Assembly (NCBI GenBank): GCA_016927735.1
Contig: JAFGMC010000006.1
Location: 116,026 to 180,025, forward strand
DNA from: Alphaproteobacteria bacterium
GTDB taxonomy: Bacteria; Pseudomonadota; Alphaproteobacteria; Rs-D84
DNA: 64,000 bases
Reading direction: 5' to 3'
Part shown: positions 54,560 to 63,609 of the stretch, one piece after another
Numbering within the stretch: the first letter of the stretch is position 1
How the letters are laid out: every line of letters begins with the position of its first letter
Notes under the pieces: model-generated
Databases searched by the model: none
What the model was told of the DNA's origin: nothing
Seen by the model: only the letters and a program-made list of their open reading frames with translations
Made by a program: the position numbers and the translations under genes

Positions 54560-56644
54560 TTAATACGCACCAATTTTTACAAAATTACGCGCTACTTTCT
54601 TTATCCCTTTATTACGAAATGCAATTGTCAAGATTTCACCATTATCTTCAATAATAACACCACGACCCAGTTCATCGTGTGATGCCAAATTGCCCACAAC
54701 TGTTTCTTTTTTTGGCATGCGATTTACATTTTTATATGATGTGTTTAATTTCGGTTTTTGGACACGATATGTTTCACCACCTTGGATATTTAAAAACTCT
54801 CTGTTTATTTCAGATATAAATCTGCTGGGGGCATTATATTGCGGCTGACCAAATACCATGCGCGACAAAGTATTACTGATTATCGCATGACGCTTTGCAC
54901 GTGTTAATGCAACATATGCCAATCTACGTTCTTCTTCTATACCACCACCATCAATTGCCTTTTCATTTGGAAAAATACCCTCTTCCCAGGCTGGCATGTA
55001 TACTGTATCAAATTCCAGTCCCTTGGCTGCATGAATTGTCATAATACTGACTGCATTATTAACTAAAATTCCATCTTCGGTATCATTATCATCTGTCATC
55101 ATCAAGGCAGCGTGTTCCAAGAACTCTGACAAATTGTCATACTTTGAAATCACATTCGAGAGCAATTCTTTTATGTTTAAAATTCTGTCTGCAGCATCAA
55201 CTTCTTTGCTTTCTTGCCACATTTTCAAATAGCCAGAGTCTTCTAATAATTGTTCTGCAGCATCAACGGGTGACATTAATCCCCAATCAAAATCAAATGC
55301 TTGCAAGAATTCGTCTGCTGCAATTCTTTGCCGACCCGACAATGGTGCAGCGCGCAATGCCGCCATAAAGTTTTTACCGAAATCACGCAACTTTGCAATT
55401 GCGATATTCCCAAATCCACGACGCGGCTTGGCGATTATTCGCAAGAAAGATAAATCATCAAATGGATGAACCAGCAATCTGATATATGCAATTGCATCTT
55501 TAATTTCTAACCTGTCATAAAACTTGGTTGCACCAACCAGCCTGTAAGGAATTCTTCGCGCTGCAAATTCTTCTTCGAAAATACGCGACAGTGATCCTGC
55601 ACGAATTAAAACTGCGAAATCTGAATAATTTCTTCCGTTATTATTTTTACTTATACTATCTGAAATAATTCGGGCTTCGTCCCAATTAGTTGGCAGTGTT
55701 AAAGCACAAACCTTCTCGCCATCACCAACACCCGGGGCCGCACGTAAATCCTTACCCAAACGACCATTATTATTTTTTATCAAAGAATTTGCAGCACGTA
55801 GGATATTTTCGGTACTGCGATAGTTTGTTTCCAATCTAATTATTTTTGCCCCAGGATAAGTTTTATCAAAGCCCAAAATATGTTTAATTTCCGCGCCACG
55901 CCAAGAATAAATAGATTGATCGTCATCACCGACACAACAAATATTACCATTTGCCCCAGCAATTTTTTTCAAGAATTGATGTTGTGAATCATTGGTATCT
56001 TGAAATTCATCAACCATTATATATTTAAACTGACGTTGATACTTTTCCAAGACATCTGGTGCATTTTCAAACAGTTCCAAAACTTTCAAAATAATATCAC
56101 CAAAATCGACCGCATTCATACGTGTTAATTCTGAATTATAAGCATCATATATTTTTTTAATTTTTGCATCTACTCTATGCCCTAAACCTTTATCTTTTAC
56201 ACCAGATATTTTTTCAACCCATTCACTTGGACTGTATTCTTTTAAATCTAAATTTAAATTATTAAAAACTGTTTTTATGACCGCTTTTTGTTCGTCTTCG
56301 CCGAATATCAAAAAGTCTTTGCGCAATCCGGCCCTTTCTGAATTAAAACGAAGAATCCGCAAACAGATTGAATGAAATGTACCACACCAAAGATCAAAAG
56401 CATTCCAAGCGCCACCTGAAATTTGTTCAATGCGATTTTTCATTTCATTTGCAGCTTTATTCGTAAATGTCAGTGCCATTATTTGCCAAGGTTTTGTTAA
56501 CCTGGTTGATAAGATATACGCCACACGCGAAATAAGAACACGCGTCTTTCCGGTTCCTGCGCCAGACAGTACCAGAACGGCACCTTCAGTACTGGTTACG
56601 GCTAATTTTTGTTCCGGATTAAGATTTTCTAGCATTGAATTCAT
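54560..56644 (-). CDS. uvrD: ATP-dependent DNA helicase, UvrD/Rep/PcrA family
   Basis: The SF1 motifs are LSGAGTGKT, TFTNKAANEM, MVDEFQDTN, NYRST, MTIHAAKGLEF and LAYVALTRAK. Confidence 0.9.
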   Translation of the reverse strand: MNSMLENLNPEQKLAVTSTEGAVLVLSGAGTGKTRVLISRVAYILSTRLTKPWQIMALTFTNKAANEMKNRIEQISGGAWNAFDLWCGTFHSICLRILRFNSERAGLRKDFLIFGEDEQKAVIKTVFNNLNLDLKEYSPSEWVEKISGVKDKGLGHRVDAKIKKIYDAYNSELTRMNAVDFGDIILKVLELFENAPDVLEKYQRQFKYIMVDEFQDTNDSQHQFLKKIAGANGNICCVGDDDQSIYSWRGAEIKHILGFDKTYPGAKIIRLETNYRSTENILRAANSLIKNNNGRLGKDLRAAPGVGDGEKVCALTLPTNWDEARIISDSISKNNNGRNYSDFAVLIRAGSLSRIFEEEFAARRIPYRLVGATKFYDRLEIKDAIAYIRLLVHPFDDLSFLRIIAKPRRGFGNIAIAKLRDFGKNFMAALRAAPLSGRQRIAADEFLQAFDFDWGLMSPVDAAEQLLEDSGYLKMWQESKEVDAADRILNIKELLSNVISKYDNLSEFLEHAALMMTDDNDTEDGILVNNAVSIMTIHAAKGLEFDTVYMPAWEEGIFPNEKAIDGGGIEEERRLAYVALTRAKRHAIISNTLSRMVFGQPQYNAPSRFISEINREFLNIQGGETYRVQKPKLNTSYKNVNRMPKKETVVGNLASHDELGRGVIIEDNGEILTIAFRNKGIKKVARNFVKIGAY

Positions 56645-56677
56645 AGTTTCATTATAATAAGCAAAAAAAGTAGCGAG

Positions 56678-57355
56678 ATGAAGAGAATAATTTGCTTTGA
56701 TATTGAAACAACTGGTTTTGAGTATACCCGCGGTGATAGGGTTATCGAAATCGGTGCCGTTGAATTAATTGATGGTCGCATAACTGAAAATTCTTTTCAC
56801 GAATATATAAATCCAGACGGTAAGATAATTCCACCAGATTCTTATATGGTTCACAAGCTATCAAACGCTTTCTTGGAAGACAAACCAAAAATTGCAGCCA
56901 TTGCACCGAGGCTTCTTGAATTCATAGGTGACAGTCCAGTGGTTGCACATAATGGTATTGATTTTGACTTTCCATTTATAAATTATGAATTGGCACAATT
57001 GGGTTTGACACAAATCGGGCGCGAAAAACAATTGGACTCTATTGTAATTGCCAGAAATAAAATTTTCGGTCCAAAGACTTATACTCTGGATTCTTTGGCA
57101 AAATGGTTTGGTGTATCGCTTACCGCACGCGCAGATGCACATGGGGCACTGATTGACGCTGAAATTCTGGCCAAGGTTTTCTTGGAACTTGAAAATACTG
57201 CACCTGCACGTAATATCAAAGATATAATTAACGAACAACATGAAGCATTCTTGAAACATCCAAAAATAGGTCAAAATTTCCCACGCAGACAATTTACCCC
57301 GAGCGAAGAAGAAATATTAAATCATGCTGATTTTATAAAATGTATATCTGTATAA
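56678..57355 (+). CDS. dnaQ: DNA polymerase III epsilon subunit (3'-5' exonuclease)
   Basis: Exo I is ICFDIETTG, Exo II is VAHNGIDFDFPF, and Exo III is HGALIDAEILAKVF. Confidence 0.9.
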   Translation: MKRIICFDIETTGFEYTRGDRVIEIGAVELIDGRITENSFHEYINPDGKIIPPDSYMVHKLSNAFLEDKPKIAAIAPRLLEFIGDSPVVAHNGIDFDFPFINYELAQLGLTQIGREKQLDSIVIARNKIFGPKTYTLDSLAKWFGVSLTARADAHGALIDAEILAKVFLELENTAPARNIKDIINEQHEAFLKHPKIGQNFPRRQFTPSEEEILNHADFIKCISV

Positions 57356-57357
57356 AT

Positions 57358-57390
57358 TAAAAAAATGCGATATCTAAATCGCATTTTTTA
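57358..57390. terminator. Bidirectional terminator between dnaQ (+) and Cys-rich protein A (-)
   Basis: AAAAAATGCGAT-ATCTAA-ATCGCATTTTTT. Confidence 0.55.
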
Positions 57391-57417
57391 TTATATATAT
57401 GATAAATTATAATTATA

Positions 57418-59709
57418 TCAAGGTTCAACCAAAAGATCAGAAATACATTGCGCGCCTGATGTTGCACCTGTAGAAGTTGTTGTATAACCACTCGCACAAG
57501 ATGTACATGCTGTAGTTTCAGTAATACCGCCCCAATATGTACCAATTGGACAATCATTACAAACACCAACCGAACTACGATATTCACCAGCAGCGCAAGT
57601 AGTTGCACAAGTGCCACTCCATACAGTATAACCAACAGAACATTTACAGCGTTCGTTTACATAACCTTGTACCGTTCCATTTGCAGAAACTGTTCCAGAA
57701 ACAGACTGGTAAACAGAATTATCTGGACATAATAATGACTGATAGAACATTTCAGAAATATTATTTATACATGTTGTATCACTGACACATAAACCAGTTG
57801 TATCATGTGCAAACACAGCATAAGCACAAGTCAGAGCAACATTATGACATGCACCACGCATAACATTATATACACTGGTGATACTTGCAGTTGAAGACCA
57901 AGCGTTAACCTGACTGACCTGTTGATTATAACAGCTTGCAATATCAACCATACAATTTCCTGCATAATCAGATATTATCTGTTGTTGTGCTGCTTGTATA
58001 TTTACCATTGCACGTTGAATGTAATTTATAACAACATCATTATATGGTTTATATGTATTATTTGAATCATATGTGTAATACTGACACTTATCCAGAACCG
58101 CACGACACAAACCACCATCTGTTGATTTCTGACCAGTTCCTATTTTTTCCAACAAGTATCTAACTATACAACTTCCATTATTATAAGTAGTTGCACATTG
58201 GGTCAAATTTACAGTACTGGCAGTTTCTAAAAAAGTTGAATCTATTGTGGAATTATTATAAGAAGTCATAAAATCTATAATATTAGATATATCCTGACCC
58301 AAGATAACACCACCATTTTCATCAATATATTTCTTTGTTGGATCTAAACACTTCGTATAATCAGAACCACAAACCATATCATCAAGCATACATGTATTCA
58401 GTGCAGATATACATCCCTTGGCGTCATATTGATTTTTATTTTGAAGAACAGCCAAACGAGCTTTTTGCAACATTTGATTTGCACTGCGAACGTTTGATTT
58501 CAAAGTATCGTTCATTTTGGTCAGACCTTGTTCATAAGCAATACAATCTTTGTCTATTGCCAGGTCATAATTTCCAGTTATTTGTTGTGGTGTTGCCCCA
58601 GCATTTTTACATTGTGTTAAAACAGAATTACAACGCTTTTTTGCTGCACTGTAAAGTTCTGTACCACGCAAATTAGAAAAACTGGATGTACTGTTACCCA
58701 AGAAATCCAAACTGAATAAGTCTGAAGTTGATGTGCTTGAAGAAAAATCCAAATCCATATCTAATCCAGTATATGTATCACCAGAATAAGATGTTGCACT
58801 GGTTGGATTTTTTATTAATTTTTCAATCTCGTCCAACATACTGCGTGATTCGGTTGTATCTTTTGTTCCATCTAATACTTCTTCTGCCTCGGTTGCGGAC
58901 ATAATCGCACGAATTTCATCAGCAGATAACCCAACATAGCGAATACGTTGTGCCACTTCATTTAAATCTGAATTAGCTTCTTTAACAGCGGATTCAACCT
59001 TGGTATATTTTGAAAGATTTGATGAACAAGAACAACGTTTTTGGTTTGCATCAATAACTGCACAAAATTGATCCATACAATCGTTGTACTGTTGTTGGCA
59101 AGATTTGTTTAAATCAGCTGTTTCTTGTAAACGCGTTGTGGCTTCTTTTATTGATTCTTTTGTATCTGATTTTGCTGCACGATTTTGAACAGTGCGACCA
59201 CTATTAAAATTGAAATTAGAACCTGTTTGAACATCAGTACCATCAATGGTTGCGCGGCCACCTACTTCTGCGGTAGATGGTCGTAAATATATGCCAGCAC
59301 GACGAACAGCAGCTGTATTATTTATACTGGCTGCTTGTGTACGTGCACTGCGTCCAACAGTATTAACAGTTTCTTCTAATGATTCACGTTGACCAAGCGA
59401 TGCAACACCAGATCTAGAAATTGCATTTCTTGTAGCAGGTACAGCATTACGAGAATTTTCATTATTTTGATTTATTATCGCAGTTCTGGAAACCAAAGAC
59501 CCAACATCATCAGATTCATTTATATCTTGTAAATTTTTTGAAGCGACTGTTCTTGTTACGATTGCACGTGATACAACAGCAGGCACGGGTTCTTCTATAA
59601 TTTTATTATTTGATGATGGAACAGCACGTGAAATATTTACAGCATCACCAGCAATACCTGTTGAAGCATAAAAAAACATAATTAAAAAACATAAAACGAT
59701 TTTCTTCAC
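57418..59709 (-). CDS. Large secreted Cys-rich protein A (763 aa), paralogue of 60716..62797
   Basis: GTG start after GGGGGCAGGCGA. Signal peptide MKKIVLCFLIMFFYASTGIAG. About 170 aa of Ser/Arg/Asn/Thr/Val-rich sequence with VSR-type motifs follows. The rest is a Cys-framework domain starting CQQQYNDCMDQFCAVIDANQKRCSCSS. I counted 32 Cys in the mature part by hand. Confidence 0.6.
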   Translation of the reverse strand: MKKIVLCFLIMFFYASTGIAGDAVNISRAVPSSNNKIIEEPVPAVVSRAIVTRTVASKNLQDINESDDVGSLVSRTAIINQNNENSRNAVPATRNAISRSGVASLGQRESLEETVNTVGRSARTQAASINNTAAVRRAGIYLRPSTAEVGGRATIDGTDVQTGSNFNFNSGRTVQNRAAKSDTKESIKEATTRLQETADLNKSCQQQYNDCMDQFCAVIDANQKRCSCSSNLSKYTKVESAVKEANSDLNEVAQRIRYVGLSADEIRAIMSATEAEEVLDGTKDTTESRSMLDEIEKLIKNPTSATSYSGDTYTGLDMDLDFSSSTSTSDLFSLDFLGNSTSSFSNLRGTELYSAAKKRCNSVLTQCKNAGATPQQITGNYDLAIDKDCIAYEQGLTKMNDTLKSNVRSANQMLQKARLAVLQNKNQYDAKGCISALNTCMLDDMVCGSDYTKCLDPTKKYIDENGGVILGQDISNIIDFMTSYNNSTIDSTFLETASTVNLTQCATTYNNGSCIVRYLLEKIGTGQKSTDGGLCRAVLDKCQYYTYDSNNTYKPYNDVVINYIQRAMVNIQAAQQQIISDYAGNCMVDIASCYNQQVSQVNAWSSTASITSVYNVMRGACHNVALTCAYAVFAHDTTGLCVSDTTCINNISEMFYQSLLCPDNSVYQSVSGTVSANGTVQGYVNERCKCSVGYTVWSGTCATTCAAGEYRSSVGVCNDCPIGTYWGGITETTACTSCASGYTTTSTGATSGAQCISDLLVEP

Positions 59710-59853
59710 TCGCCTGCCCCCAGACGCAAATTATTTTTATTCTGAATCATATGTCCGTATAACACCCCGAACACCAGAATTCACTCTCTGTAAATTATAT
59801 CACAACCGTTTTAAAAAAATAAGAAGAAACTTGATGTAACTTAGTTTATAAAA

Positions 59854-59881
59854 CTAAAAAAAACGCGCTTAAAAAGCGCGT
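59854..59881 (-). terminator. Rho-independent terminator after rpmA
   Basis: On the minus strand, ACGCGCTT-TTT-AAGCGCGT is followed by TTTTTTT. Confidence 0.6.
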
Positions 59882-59885
59882 TTTA

Positions 59886-60152
59886 TTATTTTGCTTCTGC
59901 ATCTGGAAGAACAGAAACGAACTTTCTATCACCCTGGCCTTTTTTAAATTTAACAATGCCTGCGATTTTTGCAAACAATGTATGATCTTTACCCATACCA
60001 ACATTCAAACCTGGATGAACAGATGTTCCACGTTGGCGAATAATAATATTGCCAGAAATTACACGACTGCCGCCACCTTTTTTAACACCTAATCTACGTC
60101 CCGCACTGTCGCGTCCGTTGACCGATGCCGATCCCGCTTTTTTATGTGCCAT
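59886..60152 (-). CDS. rpmA: 50S ribosomal protein L27
   Basis: [49 protein letters not shown] is the L27 consensus. Confidence 0.95.
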   Translation of the reverse strand: MAHKKAGSASVNGRDSAGRRLGVKKGGGSRVISGNIIIRQRGTSVHPGLNVGMGKDHTLFAKIAGIVKFKKGQGDRKFVSVLPDAEAK

Positions 60153-60229
60153 AATTTGCTCCTTACATTTCGGATTTCAGATCTTTGATTTATGATTTTA
60201 ATTATAAAACACAAATCATTATTCAGAAA

Positions 60230-60529
60230 TTAACCCTTTATTTCTTTGATTTTTAAAACAGTTATATATTGACGATGTCCCTTTGTACGACGATAGTTTT
60301 GACGTCTTTTCTTTTTGAACACCAATATTTTGTCATTACGTTTTTGTTCTAAAATTTCTGCGACAACTTTTGCGCCAGCAACCAAAGGGTTACCAACAGT
60401 GCCACCGACCATTAATACTTGATCGAACTCAACATCACCTTCGGAACTAAGTTTTTCTACTTTTATAATATCGCCTACTTTTACACGATATTGTTTTCCG
60501 CCGGTTTGAAAGATTGCAAAATCACTCAT
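60230..60529 (-). CDS. rplU: 50S ribosomal protein L21
   Basis: FAIFQTGGKQYRVKVGDIIKVEKL...KKRRQNYRRTKGHRQ is the L21 consensus. Confidence 0.95.
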   Translation of the reverse strand: MSDFAIFQTGGKQYRVKVGDIIKVEKLSSEGDVEFDQVLMVGGTVGNPLVAGAKVVAEILEQKRNDKILVFKKKRRQNYRRTKGHRQYITVLKIKEIKG

Positions 60530-60595
60530 CTCATTCCTCTTTGTTATACATTGGATCGGTTTAAAACAAACCCAATTTGTTGAAAACTTTATGCA

Positions 60596-60623
60596 ATATT
60601 AACATTATTTATACAAAAGTCAA
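60596..60623 (-). promoter_or_regulatory. Candidate sigma70 promoter of rplU-rpmA (TTGACT-16 nt-TAATAT)
   Basis: Minus-strand hexamers lie at 60618..60623 (-35) and 60596..60601 (-10), about 65 nt upstream of the rplU start. Confidence 0.35.
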
Positions 60624-60685
60624 GGTTTTTGCATAAAAATTTTAACAAAACTGTTGTGATTAACCATAATTTCATATAAAACAAA

Positions 60686-60712
60686 TTAAAAACCCGCCGA
60701 AGCGGGTTATTT
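60686..60712 (-). terminator. Rho-independent terminator after Cys-rich protein B
   Basis: On the minus strand, AACCCGC-TTCG-GCGGGTT is followed by TTTAATTT. Confidence 0.6.
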
Positions 60713-60715
60713 TTA

Positions 60716-62797
60716 TTATGGTAACGTTCTCGTCCATTCTCGCAGAGTATCTGCACCGGAACCAATTGCATTTTGCAAGCACATTTCGCGAATTGCAGCC
60801 GAGTCACCATTTGCACCTTCGTCTGGTAAACCAGTTGCGGCTATATCTGCAGCCTTGGTCAATATTTCGTTCAAAGTGACAACGTTTCTACAAGTATTCA
60901 GAGTGTAATCTTGACTCCAATTACATGATGTACTATCCAAATCGTCGATAATTGCTTTGAACTGAGCGCCGGATGGATTACATATCATATCTTCATAGCA
61001 ACTTGGAACGTTTGCTAATTGTGCACAATATGTTTTTATACGTGATGTACTCCACGAAGGATTAGATGCTTCTTGTGTTGTGTAACAATCATAGATTTCA
61101 TCAATACATTCATTAAAGTTGGTACCTGCTGCCAACGCATCAGCCAAAATAGTTTTTGTTTCTTCTTGTGCAAATTCCAAACGTTTCTTTTGTAATGCCT
61201 GTTGTGCGGCAACTTTTTGATAACCAATATTTTGTGCGGTTGTACGTAACTGGTCACCATAGGCATCACAATCTGCATTCGCATCCAGCGCATATTTTTG
61301 TAAAACACTGCGACGTGCATCTGCGACTGGTCCACGCAAAGTATTATATGGATCACCGGAAGTGCTGGTATAACCAAAACATGTTGCAGTATTTGAAGTT
61401 GTATAACCTGTATTACCGGTCACAAAATTCAATTCATAGCTACCACTATTGGTGACAGAAATCATACTGTTATAATTATATGGACAACTGCTGCTGCCAT
61501 TTGAACATTTTCTAGCTGTGCTTGGTGGTGCACCACAAGCTTCATAGATTCCATTAAAGCACGAATCTAAAACACGATTACATACATTATTATGTGCATA
61601 TTCAAACAATTCATAACCCCAAGTTTCAGCTAAAGAATCTTTTACATCTGTATCTGACAAAGCGTCTGTTAGACCACTCATATCACTGACAACACTACTT
61701 ATAGTACCCAGAGCAGTTGTTAAGCTGTCATTATTAGAACCTGTGATTGTTAATGTTTTATCTTTTGCATCAGCCCAAGACTTCAAAGATGCCAAAATAT
61801 CACTGCCAGAACCATCCAAGTTTGACACATCAAATCCAAAAGAATTTCCGCTGGCTGAACAATATGAAGGTAAAGAACAAGCATCTTCATAAATCATATG
61901 ATTATAACACCATTCTTTTTTATCATCGATACCATTATCATCTTGATCTGTGCCACCTTTGTAAATTTCTGCCATATCTTTATAAGAAACACAATTCATA
62001 ACTTTTTCAGCATCAGTTAATTGAAAGGCAGAACTGATATCCTTACCCTTGGTAGCAACCAATAATGCCAATTCTCCTGAAACTTTAATTAATTCTTCAT
62101 TTGCAGATTCTAATTTTGATTCTGCATCTGCGAAAGATTTTACACGACCAGCACATGCGCATCTGCGTTGTGCAGCATTACGTGCAGTACAAATTTCATC
62201 CATACATGCATAATAGCTTTCCATACAATTACTGTATGCTTCGGAAGAAATTAATCCAGTTGTAGAATCAATAATATTAGAATAATTACCCGTATATAAT
62301 TTTGAAGATAAATATGTATACGATGATGTTGCAGATGTACTTTTACTTCCACGAATTGCGCTGCCTGTCAGCGAAACGCGTGATGTATTTGTTGTGGCTG
62401 TACGTGATCTAACTGCGCGATTTTGTTGGGCGGTTGTTCTAGAAGTATTACCAGTTGCAGAACGCGAAACAACGTTTCTTGAAACCACTGGTGTATTCGA
62501 AGTTGCACGTGAAACAATATTTCTTTCTGAAACAGTGCGTGATGGTGTAACAGTTGCACCCCCAGTACGAGATGTACTGGAATTAGAACGTGGACTGGTT
62601 CTTGTTGATCTGGAATCATCTGTTCCAGCACGTGTAGATTGTGGTGCATTTCCTACATTTTGAACTTGTGGTGCAATAGGGTCTGCAAAAACTGCACGCA
62701 TAGATAATACTGTAGAACATACAAAAAATGCTGCTGCCAACAAGAAAACTGTTCCAGCTGCATTTTTAAAATTTTCGCCGAAATTACGACTCTTCAT
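60716..62797 (-). CDS. Large secreted Cys-rich protein B (693 aa from MKSRNF), paralogue of 57418..59709
   Basis: The start is taken at the ATG at 62797, 7 nt after GGAG; the ORF is open to 62863. Signal peptide ..FLLAAAFFVCSTVLSMRAVFA. About 120 aa of Ser/Thr/Arg-rich sequence with repeated VSR motifs follows. The Cys framework CMESYYACMDEICTARNAAQRRCACAG is collinear with protein A. I counted 24 Cys in the mature part by hand. Confidence 0.6.
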   Translation of the reverse strand: MKSRNFGENFKNAAGTVFLLAAAFFVCSTVLSMRAVFADPIAPQVQNVGNAPQSTRAGTDDSRSTRTSPRSNSSTSRTGGATVTPSRTVSERNIVSRATSNTPVVSRNVVSRSATGNTSRTTAQQNRAVRSRTATTNTSRVSLTGSAIRGSKSTSATSSYTYLSSKLYTGNYSNIIDSTTGLISSEAYSNCMESYYACMDEICTARNAAQRRCACAGRVKSFADAESKLESANEELIKVSGELALLVATKGKDISSAFQLTDAEKVMNCVSYKDMAEIYKGGTDQDDNGIDDKKEWCYNHMIYEDACSLPSYCSASGNSFGFDVSNLDGSGSDILASLKSWADAKDKTLTITGSNNDSLTTALGTISSVVSDMSGLTDALSDTDVKDSLAETWGYELFEYAHNNVCNRVLDSCFNGIYEACGAPPSTARKCSNGSSSCPYNYNSMISVTNSGSYELNFVTGNTGYTTSNTATCFGYTSTSGDPYNTLRGPVADARRSVLQKYALDANADCDAYGDQLRTTAQNIGYQKVAAQQALQKKRLEFAQEETKTILADALAAGTNFNECIDEIYDCYTTQEASNPSWSTSRIKTYCAQLANVPSCYEDMICNPSGAQFKAIIDDLDSTSCNWSQDYTLNTCRNVVTLNEILTKAADIAATGLPDEGANGDSAAIREMCLQNAIGSGADTLREWTRTLP

Positions 62798-63034
62798 GGT
62801 AATCTCCAAATTTTCGCATTCACGAAAAATGATTAGTTCAAGTGCGTCGCAACAGCGCAGCACTTATTTACTTGTCATAATTATAACATTTTTAGATTGG
62901 TGTGTAAATAAGAAAACCGTCCACAATAAAAGATATTATATTGATATAAAGTTACGCTTATTATGAATACGTTCTTATTCTTATAAGCACTCAAATCATT
63001 GACTTATTTAATATTTAAGAATAAAATTAAAAAC

Positions 63035-63592
63035 ATGAATAAAATTACACTTTTAATCTTTTTTATTACAACACCTATGATTGCACAGGCAAAAGAAAAC
63101 CCTTTGTTTGGCAAAAATCTTGATAATTCTATTTATTTTTATACAGCCCAAGGAACTGGAAGTGGTACATTATTAAAATTGATTGCCCCAAATATTTGGG
63201 ATTTAAACCGTATGACTGTTTTTATGCTGCAATACAGCCAACCAACAACATTTTTCAGATTACCGGCCAGACAAAGTTTACATTTTGTTCAAAATGTTGC
63301 CTATGGATCAGAAACCGGCTTGTCTTTCAATGCACTTGGTATATCTATTGATGCATCTGTTTTTGATCGAAATGGTTATTATATCGGTTTTGGTCTGGGC
63401 CCTTATATGCGTAATAATCGTGACCGATGGGTTGATAGTCGGTTGGTATTTGGTGAAAAATTCTTTATAGGAAAAAGTTTATCAGACCGCTGGAGTGCTG
63501 AGTTTTTTACAATCCATTTCTCCAACGGAAATTTCACAGATAAAAATTCTGGATTTAACTTTGCTGGATTTTCAATCGGATACAGTTTTTAA
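63035..63592 (+). CDS. Acyloxyacyl hydrolase / lipid A 3-O-deacylase (PagL-like) outer-membrane protein
   Basis: Signal peptide MNKITLLIFFITTPMIAQA. It has beta-barrel-like alternation, the HFSNG motif near the C-terminus, and a terminal aromatic (..IGYSF). Confidence 0.6.
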   Translation: MNKITLLIFFITTPMIAQAKENPLFGKNLDNSIYFYTAQGTGSGTLLKLIAPNIWDLNRMTVFMLQYSQPTTFFRLPARQSLHFVQNVAYGSETGLSFNALGISIDASVFDRNGYYIGFGLGPYMRNNRDRWVDSRLVFGEKFFIGKSLSDRWSAEFFTIHFSNGNFTDKNSGFNFAGFSIGYSF

Positions 63593-63609
63593 TAATTCCA
63601 AAATAAATT

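Noticed and set aside
57357-57635. Alternate-frame ORFs overlapping the Cys-rich protein genes (57357..57635, 61036..61377, 61156..61455, 62368..62649, 62394..62663)
   Set aside because: They sit inside the long paralogous reading frames, whose Cys frameworks are mutually conserved. Their own translations are repetitive His/Gln/Leu/Val strings caused by biased composition.
60589-60816. 75-aa minus-strand ORF spanning the rplU leader
   Set aside because: It overlaps the end of protein B, its terminator hairpin and the rplU promoter region. It has no coding features.
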